Positions 48,093 through 59,446 of a stretch of 64,000 nt of DNA are shown here, in pieces. The first letter of the stretch is position 1; every line of letters begins with the position of its first letter. The translations under genes were made by a program, and so were the position numbers. The notes beneath the pieces are model-generated. The model was not told the DNA's origin, ran no database searches, and worked only from the letters and a program-made list of their open reading frames with translations. This stretch comes from Selaginella moellendorffii. Taxonomy: Eukaryota; Plantae; Lycopodiophyta. The DNA is taken from NCBI RefSeq assembly GCF_000143415.4, contig NW_003314314.1, positions 1,059,771 through 1,123,770 on the forward strand. The letters run 5' to 3'.

Positions 48093-49402
48093 GTAAGTGA
48101 CTAAATTTTCCATTCTACTTTAGTCACTTAACCACACCTTCGACCACATGAAAGAGTCTCACTCACAACCTTTGTAAGTCCTATTTTGGACTTAGGGACT
48201 TACTAGCCCCAAGAATGGCATCCATGCCACTCAACCATTGCACTTAGTCCAAGTGCTCCATATGTCCGATCCCTTGACTGACATCCCAAGGTACCACTGA
48301 CATATCAACCCATTATGCTAAGGCCTTGCCCATTCACCTTGGTTATATTGGTGTCTGACACCACCTACATTACAGTCCCGTCTCTCAAAGACTGGGCTAT
48401 CCGTCCATGAGTGATCATCCCAGATCCACTCCTTAGCATCCTTAGGATGCCCGCAGACATGGGGAATAGCCTTCCCCAATATCCCTTTTCTGGTCCCCAC
48501 CAAGTCCCTTTTTGCCCATGGCCGTGTTCGCCAACACTGCCACTAGATCGAGGCCCACAGGCCCGACCACTAAGTCCCACAGTCCTCTGGGACTTCCTTG
48601 CTACACGATTGTATCCTTGGTCATTACACCAAAGGACTATGTAAGAGACTAAATTTTCCATTCTACTTTAGTCACTTAACCACACATTCGACCACTTGGA
48701 GGAGTCTCACTTTCAACCTCCGTAAGTCCTATTTTGGACTTAAGGACTTGCTAGCCCCAAGAATGGCATCCATGCCACTCAACCATTCCACTTGGTCCAA
48801 GTGCTCCACGTGTCCGATCCCATGACCGACACCCCAAGGTATCACTGACATATCAACCCATTATGCTAAGGCTTTGCCCACTCACCTTGGTCACACCGGT
48901 GGTCTAACACCACCTACATCACAGTCCCGTCTCTCAAAGACTGGGCCATCCGTCCATGAGTGATCATCCTAGATCCACTCCTTAGCATCCTTAGGATGCC
49001 CGCAGATATAGGGAATAGCCTTCCCCAATATCCCTTTTCCGGTCCCCATCAAGTCCCTTTTTGCCCATGGCCATGTTTGCTAACATTGCCACTGGATCGA
49101 GGCCCACAGGCCCGACCACTAAGTCCCATGGTTCTCTGGGACTTCCTCGCCACACGATTGTATCCTTGGTCACTACACCAGAGGACTACTCCTCTTCCTC
49201 TCCACAGTCTAGGCCTTTGGGACAACATTTCGGAACATCGTGGCCTTACGTGAGCCTCATGGGTACTCTCCCTGCCTTCCACCTTTGGGTGCTCTAGCCA
49301 TGGGCTTAGAGCGAGGTTCCATTGAGCCACACTAGGTATCCAAGTAGGTAGTGCCACCCACACTGGGACTGGAAGCATTGACCATTTGATTTCCCAGGGG
49401 AA
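48093..49402 (-). mobile_element. Two tandem ~547 bp family-B LTR-end segments (48093-48639, 48640-49188) continuing to 49402
   Basis: Both begin TGTAAG.GACTAAATTTTCC and align with each other; 49270-49402 is the reverse complement of ~47960-48090. Confidence 0.7.
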
Positions 49403-52328
49403 CTATATAGCAATGGGAAATTCAAGAGGAGTTTCTCTAAGAAGGAGTCTTTGGGGTTTTGAAAAGGCAAATCCGGTGGCCAGTGAACAAGGACGTGGGG
49501 GAGTCAAGCAAAAAGAGACAAACCCATGGATAAAAAAGTCAAGTCTGTTAGTAGTATGGGAAATAACGTATGCTACAACTGCGGTGAACAAGGACACTTC
49601 TCGAGGGAATGTCCCTACCCGAAGAAGGCTAGAGCTAATATGGCCATTAAGTTGTGTGAAATTTAAACTGAGGTATGTGATCCAGTCCCTAGTTCAAAGT
49701 TACTCATTACACGAGCAACTTTGGTAGAGAGTTGTTTTACGACATCTATTAGCCCTTCGAGGGAAGCTCAGAGGTAACTTTATTTAGATCCTTATTGATA
49801 CGGGTGCTTCAGATAATTTTGTGGCTGCAAACATAGTTCGGCAAGCCGGACTAATGGTGCAGTGGCTGGGTGAATCAAGGACAATAGAGTTTGTTCAAGG
49901 TAGCCAAAGCACCGATGAGATACTTCGACAAGCGAGAGTCGAAGTGGGGACGTGGAAGGTAGACATGGATTTCACTGTGTTGGACATGGTAGGATTTGAT
50001 ATAATCTTCGGGATGGATTTGTTTAATCGGTTCGTAGTAGCCTTGCATGGACAAGGGAGGAACTTTGTGGTATTGGCAAATGCCCGGGGAGAATGATCCA
50101 GGGTGGAGGCCCAGGATTTAAAGGTAGGGCAATGTAAGGCCAAAGACTCTTGCTTAAACCTGGTGTCCACGAGAGGACAATTCACTAAAGGAACCAAGGC
50201 AACATTTTTTGGCTTACTCTTGGTGAAAAGTGACAAAAAGACGGGAATGAAAGAAGTACCTTTAGTGATCCAGCGGATGTTGGACCAATTCCAGGATACC
50301 ATACCAGAGGAGCTATTGGCGGGGTTGCCTCTCGCACGACTAATAGAACACAAGATTGAGCTAGTCGAGGGTGTTAAGGTGTGTAAGCCACAAATTTTTC
50401 CTTTCCAATTTGCTAGCTTACCTCGTCTATCCAACCAACACTGCCTTGGTTTGTGCTAAGTTCCCTTGCCAAGGTTCTTGCCTATTGTACCAGCTCCTAC
50501 TTGGTCCTACTTGGTTTCAGCTACTCATTGCACAAGCAATGGAGTGTTAGCCATCCATCTACGGATTCCCAAATCTCTCCCAATCCCCCTCCCCGAGTTA
50601 GACTGGACTTAAGGTTCGGCTACACTCCCGCAAGCACAAGTAGCCAAGCACACCAAGCCTCCAGGTTCCTAACACCCCATGGTACAACAAGACTTAATCA
50701 TGGGACCCTCTAAATCCCAAGCCTTGGGTGCAGCACTTGCTTTGGGACGTCGGGGCGAAACACCGTGGCCTAACGGCCCGGTATGGGTACCTCTACCCCC
50801 CCACTTCCATCCTGAAGGGAAGGTCCAAGCCCCTAGGAAGGGCGAGGACCAATGAGCCGCATGGTACTCAAGTGGGGCACCACTCCACATGAGCCGGGAG
50901 CACCGCAATCAATTTCCTTTTCGGGAGTGGGAGCTGCTCTTGAGCACTTCCTTGGATGGCCCCTCTGGCACCAACCAAGTCCATACTCGCTCCCACCCAA
51001 GGCCCCTCGGTCCCAGTCTCAACCTCAAGTCGGTTTGGAAGCCCCACTGGAGAGTCCCTTCAAAACTGGTTCCTGGACCTCACTATCCCTACTATACTTT
51101 TGGAACCCCCTGCAGCTGCCCCCCCCCCTAGGAGACACACGCTTTGGGCTTTCACCCTTTGACCCGTATTAGTATTTGGACTTAGTCTCTGGCTCGATCT
51201 CGGACTCGATTTCGGATCCGACTTCGGATTCGATCTCGGACTCGATTTTGGATCCGACTTCAGATTCGGTCTCGGACTCGATCTCGGACCCGACCTCGGA
51301 CTCGGTCTCGGACCCGATTTTGGATCTCGGACTCCGTCTCGAACTCGGTCTCAAACTTGGTCTCGAACTCGGTCCCCAAGTCGGTCTTCGACTCGATTCC
51401 GGACTCTATCTCGAACTCGGTCTCCAAGTCGGTCTTGGACTCGATCTTCAACTTGGTCCCATCCGATGAACTCTTTGTCATTTTGGTCATGCTTTCGGGG
51501 TTCCTTTAGCCTACGACACCTTGGCGAGTTGGTTCCTTACAACTCCACCACCCATAGAAGAAGTTCGATGCCCACATCGAATGTCTCTCTTTTAATCCTA
51601 CGACTTGTTGACCATGTCTCCAGGGGCATCCCCCTACTTAGTGGTGCGCCTAAGTTAGCCTCCCTGGCCAAGAGCCCATGACAACGGAATATAGGTGTCC
51701 CTATACTCCTCACCTCACCACGCCCTAGTATGGGGTCGGGACTTGAACCCAGCCTTGCTTTACTAGGGGGTTGGGACTCAAACCCAACCTCCGTAGAATA
51801 CGTCTACGGATTCGACATCCGCGCAGGGAGTCGGGCGTAGCTCCCTACGCCTGGTCGACCTAGCTAACCCATGCTAATTAGCTTACCTTCGGCGTGCCTT
51901 CGGGTCCCAACATATGCCACTTGCTCAACTTTGCAAATTGATATTTTTAATTGAACTTTGCATAAGTACATAGAGTTCTGCCTTGCAGAAATTCCTCCAC
52001 TAGATCTCGCGCGTTCGCTAGGTTCTCCTCCGGTTCCCATGTTGCTTCGCAGTGTGGAAATCCTTTCCACTTCACATGGAACTCTCTCACCTCGCGTCCT
52101 TGTCGCTTACTCTTGCGCGCATTGAGGATGGCCTCCACTTCGTATTCCTCTTCCCCTTGGATAACCTCAGGTAAAGGTCTTACTTGGTCCTTGCGAAGCG
52201 GATCCTCAAAGTACGTCTTGAATAAGTTCACGTGGAACACTGGATGCATCTTCCCCATCTCTCGAGGAAGTCAGAGTCGGTAAGCCACTTTACCGATTCG
52301 TGCCTCAATCTCGTAAGGCCCCGCGAAC

Positions 52329-52380
52329 CTGCTTAAGGAACTCAAGATCAATTCATTTACAGGAATACATGCATTTTTAC
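52329..52380 (-). other. 52-bp spliceosomal intron before the integrase GPY motif (orthologous copy 61007-61058 on +)
   Basis: AAG|GTAAAA donor, AT-rich body, GCAG|G acceptor; removal gives RKLTQRFAGPYEI. Confidence 0.82.
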
Positions 52381-52798
52381 CTTTGGGTCAACTTTCGGCT
52401 GATCCCACTTGGTAGCCTGAGGTTCTTGGTGTTCAGCCACACCTTCTCCCCAGCTTGGAACTCTACATCCTGGCGCTTTAGGTTTGCGTACTTGGTTTGC
52501 CTTTGTTGAGCTCGTTCCAAGGAATCCCTCACTAGATTCCAAATGTTGAGTCTTTCTACTGTGAATGCCTCCACTGCGGGTAGCTCTCCATGATACTCGG
52601 CCACGCCGAGTTCCACAGGACCTTCAATGGCTCGCCCATTGATGACTTCCCATGGACTCACCCCGATACTCGAATGTGGTGAGTTGTTATAACACATTTC
52701 CGCAAGTCCCAAATGACTTACCCAATCGGTCTGGTCTCCCGAGACATAGCATCGCAAATAATCCTTAGGCTGCCTATTCACCCTTTCCGTTTGTCCGT

Positions 52799-52845
52799 CT
52801 ATCAAGAAGTGTTAGTGTCACCAAACTTGACTTAATACCCCATAC
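52799..52845 (-). other. 47-bp spliceosomal intron in the integrase core (orthologous copy 60543-60589 on +)
   Basis: CAG|GTATGG donor, CACTAAC branch point, TAG (CAG in the other copy) acceptor; removal gives YHPQTDGQTERVN. Confidence 0.85.
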
Positions 52846-55415
52846 CTGTCTGTGGGTGATAGGTGGTGCTGAATTTCAACTTGGTGCGATACTGTTTCAG
52901 GAGAGTCCCCCAGAACCTACTAGTGAAGATCTTATCTCGATCTGAGATGATCTCTTCCGGCCTTCCCCGCACTTGAACCACTTGTTCGAAGAACAGCTTC
53001 GCCACACCTTTTGCATCCACTTCCGTTGTGGTGGGTATGAAATGTGCCATTTTCGAAAATCGGTCCACCACCACGAATATCGCATCAAACCCCTCGCTTG
53101 GGGGAAGTCCCGTGATGAAGTCCATCGTAAGACATTTCCACGGACGATCTGGAATTGGGATGCTTTGCAACAAGCCCCCACTAGCCTTAGTCACGGCTTT
53201 GACCTGCTGACATGTTGGACATGTCTTTACATAGTCTTGGACATCCTTAGCCATATCTGGCCAATGGTACTTCCTCTTGAGTAAGCCCATCATCTTGGGC
53301 ACTCCGCCGTGTCCCGCAAGAGGTCCGTCATGACACTCTTCTAAGGCTACCTTCTTTAGTTCCCCTTCTGGAACATACACCCTCATTTGCTTGTAATAGA
53401 TGAGTCCGTTGCGTTCCGCATAGCCCGTTTTCTCTTCTGTTGGCAGCTCACCTCTCTAGTGAGCTTCCCGCGCCTCTAGATTCCTCAGCAAGACTTCTTG
53501 TGCTAGACCATCGTTCTCATATGCTGTCCGCACATCGTCCTTGAAGATTGCTGTTGCGCTGGATATCGCCAACCTCAAGCTCGCTTTTCGACTTAGCGCA
53601 TCTGCCACGATGTTGCTCTTCCCAGGCTTGTATAGAATCTCGCAATCAAACTCGGCCAAGGCATTGGCCCACTGACCTTGTTTCCCTCTCAGGTCGGGCT
53701 GTGACAAGAAGTGTTTCATTGCCACATTGTCCGTGTAAACCTTGAAGTGTCTCCCAAGGTAGTGTTGCCACTCCTTGAGCGCCTTGACCACCGCAAACAA
53801 TTCCTTCTCGTGGGCAGGCCACTTCCGTTGAGCCTTGTCCAACTTCTTCGAGAAGATTGCTACTAGATGGTTGTCTTGCTTCAAAAATGCGCCCAACGCA
53901 AAGTCCGAAGCATCCGTGTCTACCTCAAAGTCCTTACAAAAATCTGGTAATGCCAACATAGGAACCTTCCTCAACTTCCCTTTGAGGTGGACGAATGCCG
54001 CCTCGCATTCCGCTGTCCATACCATCTTCCCTTTTCCTGTTTGGTCCGTTAAGGGCAGGGCTACTCTCAAATAGTGTCTGATAAACTTTCGGTAGTAGTT
54101 GCATAGCCCCAAGAATGCCCTCAACTCATGTACATTCGATGGTCACTCCCATTCCTGGATCGCTTGGACCTTCTCTGGGTCCACCTTGAGCCTGTCTTGG
54201 CCCACCACATGCCCGAGAAACTTTACCTCTTATTGAGCAAAGTCACATTTGCTCTCTTTAGCATACAATTTGTGTTCCCTTAGTTTCTCAAACACCTTCG
54301 CCAAGTGTTTGGCATGCTCCTCTAGCGTTTCGCTATAGATCAGGATGTCGTTGATATAGACAACCACAAAGTGATCCAGATAGGGTACAAAGATGTGGTT
54401 CATCAGCGCCGAAAACGTTGCCGGCGCATTGCACAGCCCAAAGGGCATCACCAGAAACTCAAAGCTCCCATACCTCGTTCGGCAGGTTGTCTTCTCGACA
54501 TTTTCCTCGGCTACCCTGATCTGGTAGTATCCTGACCTTAGGTCAATCCTCGAGAAGTATTTTGCCTTTCCCAACCTATCGAACAGGTCCTCAATTCTTG
54601 GCAAAGGGTATCTATTCTTCTTTGTATACTTGTTGAGCAACCGGTAGTCTATGCACATGCGCATAGAACCATCTTTCTTTTTCACAAATAACACCAGCGC
54701 CCCATACGGCGACCTGCTCAACCTAATATACCCTTTGTCCACCAACTCCTCTAGTTGGCACTTGAGCTCCATGAGTTCTTTTTCGTTCAAACGATAGGGG
54801 GGACGAACCACCGCCTCAGCACCCTTGACCAGCTCAATCTTATGTTCTATCGGTCGTGCGGGGGGCAACCCTGCCGGTAGCTCCTCTGGCATGGTATCCT
54901 GGAATTGGTCCAACACCCGCTGGATCACCAAAGGTACTTCTTCCTTTCCTGTCTTTTTGTCACTCTTCACCGAGAGTAAGCACAAAAAAGCTGCCTTAGT
55001 TCCTTTGGTGAGTTGTCCTCTCGTGGACACCAGGTTTAAGCATGAATCTTTGGCCTTGCATTGCCCTACCTTTAGATCTTGGGCCTCCACCCTGGATCTC
55101 CTTCCTTGGGCATTCGCCAATACCACAAGGTTCCTACCTTGTCCATGTAGGGCTACCACGAACCGATTAAACCAGTCCATCCCGAAGATCACGTCAAATC
55201 CCGCCATGTCCAACACGGTGAAGTCCATGTCTACTTTCCAAGTCCCTACTTCGACTCTCGCTTGTCGAAGTACCTCATCGGTGCTTTGGCTATGTTGAAC
55301 AAACTCTATAGTCCTTGGTTCGCCTAGCCGCTGCACCGTTAGTCCGGCTTGCCGGACTATGTCTGCAGCCACAAAATTATCCGAAGCACCCATGTCAATA
55401 AAGATCTTAACAAAG

Positions 55416-56231
55416 CTACCTCAACAAAGCTGCCTGATATCTTAACATCTTAACAAAGCTTCCTGATATGAAGGCATGGAACGGATCCATATCCCCCATG
55501 TCCGTGACCAGTATCCTGTTTGCCATGAACCCATTCACATATTCTTGGATGGTTCCAGTCTGCTTCAGCCTACTCAGCTCATCTCTCAGATGCAGAGTGG
55601 CATTCGGAGGAATGTATGTTGCGCGAATCCTCGCCTTCATCATGTCCCAAGTGGCCACCGGTCCTTCGTTGGCCTCCGTCGTTCTCCACAAAGACTTGGC
55701 ATTATCTGCCAAGTATGGTTTTGCACATAGGACCTTCTCCGACCTCGGTAATCGCAACGCTCGGAAGTAGTCCTTCATATCGTAAAACCAATCCTCCACC
55801 ACCTTATAGTCATTCACTCCCTTGAAGACCGGTGGGGGCTTTGGTTTGTACTTGGGAACTACCTGAGGGACTGATTCTACTTCGGTCTGTTTGACCTTGT
55901 TTGGTTCTGCCTTAATCCCTGCCGAAGGGTCCGCACCTTCTGCGCTGCTAGCATCCGCAGTCTTTCTCTTTTTCTTCCGCTTCTCATCACGCTTTAGCTT
56001 GCGTACGAGAGTCTCCAGTAGGGCATTGGTCTGTGCATCCTGTCCTTCTAGCACGTCCAATCGAGCGTTGGACGACCGAACCTCGCTACCGGACTCCTGT
56101 TTGGAAGTTTCCTCACTAGAGCCCTCCTCCTGCAAGGATTCCTCATCCATAGCATTTTGTTTGACCGGAGGCTCCAGCTCCGGTGGAGGTTCCGTCTCCG
56201 CTTGGGTTCGCTTACGCCCTGCCCTTGCCAT
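55416..56231 (-). pseudogene. gag: gag of the inner element, C-terminally deleted (no zinc knuckle)
   Basis: PPVFKG..DYKVVEDW, LADNAKSLW, LSRLKQTGTIQEYVNGF retrotransposon gag motifs; joined to the protease by a deletion scar. Confidence 0.85.
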
Positions 56232-58288
56232 CTCCCAGCAATCCGCCTCTATCCTTCGCTAGAACTGAGGAAAAGGCTCCGATACCAAATTGTAAGCCAC
56301 AAATTTTTCCTTTCCAATTTGCCAGCTTACCTCGTCTATCCGACCAACACTGCCTTGGCTTGTGCTAAGTTCCCTTGCCAAGGTTCTCGCCTATTGTACC
56401 AGCTCTTACTTGGTCCTACTTGGTTTCAACTACTCACTGCACGAGCAACGGAGTGTTAGCCATCCATCTACGGATTCCCAAATCTCTCCCAATCCCCCTC
56501 CCCGGGTTAGACTGGACTTAAGGTTCAGCTACACTCCCCACAAGCACAAGCAGCCAAGCACACCAAGCCTCCAGGTTCCTAACACCCCTTGGTACAACAA
56601 GACTTGATCATGGGACCCTCTAAATCCCAAGCCTTGGGTGCAGCACTTGCTTCGGGACGTCGGGGCGAAACACCGTGGCTTAACAGCCCGGTATGGGTAC
56701 CTCTACCCCCCCACTTCCATCCTGAAGGGAAGGTCCAAGCCCCTAGGAAGGGCGAGGACCAATGAGCCGCATGGTACTCAAGTGGGGCACCACTCCACAT
56801 GAGCCGGGAGCACCGCAATCGGTTTCCCTTTCGGGAGTGGGAGCTGCTCTTGAGCACTTCCTTGGATGGCCCCTCCGGCACCAACCAAGTCCATACTCGC
56901 TCCCACCCAAAGCCCCTCGGTCCCAGTCTCAACCTCAAGTCGGTTTGGAAGCCCCACTGGAGAGTCCCTTCAAAATTGGTTCCTAGACCTCACTATCTCT
57001 ACTATACTTTTGGAACCCCCTGCAGCCCCCCCCCCCTGGGAGACGCACGCTTTGGGCTTTCACCCTTTGACCCGTATTAGTATTTGGACTTAGTCTCTGG
57101 CTCGATCTCGGACTCGATTTCGGATCCGACTTCGGATTCGGTCTCGGACTCGATCTCGGACTCGATCTCGGACCCGATCTCGGACCCGACCTCAGACTAG
57201 ACCTCGGACTCGGTCTCGGACCCGATTTTGGATCTCGGACTCCGTCTCGAACTCAGTCTCGAACTCGGTCTCGAACTCGGTCCCCGAGTCGGTCTCGGAC
57301 TCGATTTCGGACTCTATCTCGAACTCGGTCTCCAAGTCGGTCTTGGACTTGATATTCAACTTGGTCCCATCCGATGAACTCTTTGTCATTTTGGTCATGC
57401 TTTCGGGGTTCTTTTAGCCTACGACACCTTGGCGACTTGGTTCCTTACAAGGTGGTGGTTCATCCCCTATCGTTTGAATGAAAAGGAACTCGAGGAGCTC
57501 AAGTGCCAACTAGAAGAGTTGGTGGACAAAAGGTATGTTAGGTTGAGCAAGTCGCTGGTGTTATTTGTGAAAAAGAAATATGGATCTATGCGCATATGCA
57601 TAGACTACCGATTGCTCAACAAGTATACAAAAAAAAACAAATACCCTTTGCCAAGGATTGAGGATTTGTTCGATAGGTTGGGAAAGGCAAAATACTTCTC
57701 GAGGATTAACCTAAGGTCAGGATACTACTAAATCAGGGTAGCAGAGGAAGATGTCAAGAAGACAACTTGTCGAACAAGGTATGGGAGCTTTGAGTTTCTG
57801 GTGATGCCCTTTGGGCTGTGCCATGCGCCGGCAACGTTTTCAGCGCTGATGAACCACATTTTTGTACCCTATCTGGATCACTTTGTGGTTGTCTATATTG
57901 ACGACATCCTGATTTATAGCGAGACGCTAGAGGAGCATGCCAAACACTTGACGAAGGTGTTTGAGAAACTAAGGGAACACAAACTTTATGCTAAAGAGAG
58001 CAAATGTGACTTTGCTCAACAAGAGGTAAAGTTTCTTGGGCATGTGGTGGGCCAGGATGGGCTCAAGGTGGACCCTAAGAAGGGTTAAACGATCCAGGAA
58101 TGAGAGCAACTATCGAATGTACATGAGTTGAGGGCATTCTTGGGGCTATGCAACTACTATCGAAAGTTTATCAAACACTATTCGAGAGTAGCCCTACTCT
58201 TAATAGACCAAAAGGGAAGATGATATGGACAGCAGAATGCGAGGCGACATTTGTCCACCTCAAAGGAAAGTTTAGGAAGACACCTGTG

Positions 58289-59446
58289 TGTAAGCCACAA
58301 ATTTTTCCTTTCCAATTTGCCAACTTACCTCGTCTATCCGTCCAACACTGCCTTGGCTTTTGCTAAGTTCCTTTACCAAGGTTCTCGCCTATGGTACCAG
58401 CTCCTACTTGGTCTCAGCTACTCATTGCACGAGCAACGGAGTGTTAGCCATCCATCCACGGATTCCCAAATCACTCCCTATCCCCCTCCCCGGGTTAGAC
58501 TGGACTTAAGGTTCGGCTACACTCCCCGCAAGCACAAGCAGCCAAGCACACCAAGCCTCCAGGTTCCTAACATCCTTTGGTACCACAAGACTTGATCATG
58601 GGACCCTCTAAATCCCAAGTCTTGAGTGCAACACTTGCTTCGGGACGCCGGGGCGAAACACCGTGGCCTAGCGGCCCGGTATGGGTACCTCTCGCCCCCC
58701 ACTTCCATCCCGAAGGAAGGCCCAAGCCCCTAGGAAGGGCGAGGACCAATGAGCCGCATGGTACTCAAGTGGGGCACCACTCCACATGAGCCGGGAGCAC
58801 CGCAATCGGTTTCCTTTTCGGGAGTGGGAGCTGCTCTTGAGCACTTCCTTGGATGGCCCCTCCGGCACCAACCAAGTCCATGCTCACTCCCACCCAAGGC
58901 CCCTCGGTCCCAGTCCCAACCTCAAGTCAGTTTGGGAGCCCCCCTGGAGAGTCCCTTCAAAACTGGTTCCTGGGCCCCCCTATCCCTACTATACTTTTGG
59001 AACCCCCGGGAGCCCCCCCCCCCCCCCCCCCCCTAGGAGACGCACGCTTTGGGCTTTCACCCCTTGACCCATATTAGTATTTGGACTTAGTCTCTGGCTC
59101 GATCTCGGACCCGATTTCGGATCCAACTTCGGATTCGGGTTCGGACTCGATCTCGGACTCGATCTCGGACCCGATCTCGGACCCGACCTCGGACTCGACC
59201 TCGGACTCGGTCTCGGACCCGATTTCAGATCTTGGACTCCGTCTCGAACTCGGTCTCGAACTCGGACTCGAACTCGGTCCCCGAGTCGGTCTCGGACTCG
59301 ATTCCGGACTCTATCTCGAACTCGGTCCTAGAGTCGGTCTTGGACTCGATCTTCGACTTGGTCCCATCTGATGAACTCTTTGTCATTTTGGTCATGCTTT
59401 CGGGGTTCCTTTAGCCTACGACACCTCGGCGAGTTGGTTCCTTACA
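58289..59446 (-). mobile_element. Solo LTR of family A with 5-bp TSD CTGTG, inserted in the RT/RNase H junction of the older copy
   Basis: TGTAAG...CTTACA; ctgtg at 58284-58288 and 59447-59451; highly similar to 56291-57449. Confidence 0.95.

Larger units (their letters stand above)
51947..55410 (-). pseudogene. pol: pol of the inner element (PR, RT, RNase H, integrase, chromodomain) with a few premature stops and two introns
   Basis: [40 protein letters not shown] (catalytic D to N), DTDASDFALG, HHCC zinc finger, MDFITGLP, ISDRD, YEVEAILN...VKWKGF...TWEPEENL. Confidence 0.93.
50392..57449 (-). mobile_element. Two-LTR Ty3/gypsy chromovirus (family A): 5' LTR 56291-57449, 3' LTR 50392-51541, 5-bp TSD AGGTG
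   Basis: TG...CA LTRs; TSD at 50387-50391 and 57450-57454; tRNA-iMet PBS TGGTATCGGAGCC (56287-56275); PPT GGGTGGTGGAGT (51553-51542); order gag-PR-RT-RH-INT-chromodomain. Confidence 0.96.

Noticed and set aside
51180-51460. Repeat array superficially like a CRISPR
   Set aside because: Contiguous degenerate 6/12-mers without unique spacers, inside eukaryotic LTRs.
51734-51789. tRNA gene or SINE call for the GGTTCRAGTCC motifs
   Set aside because: No A-box, D-arm, anticodon arm or acceptor stem visible; kept only as T-arm mimics.
51860-51985. Further possible introns after the chromodomain (GC-donor AT-rich segment; 27-nt GTAAGC...CTAG)
   Set aside because: No conserved protein motif to test restoration, and one candidate is too short.
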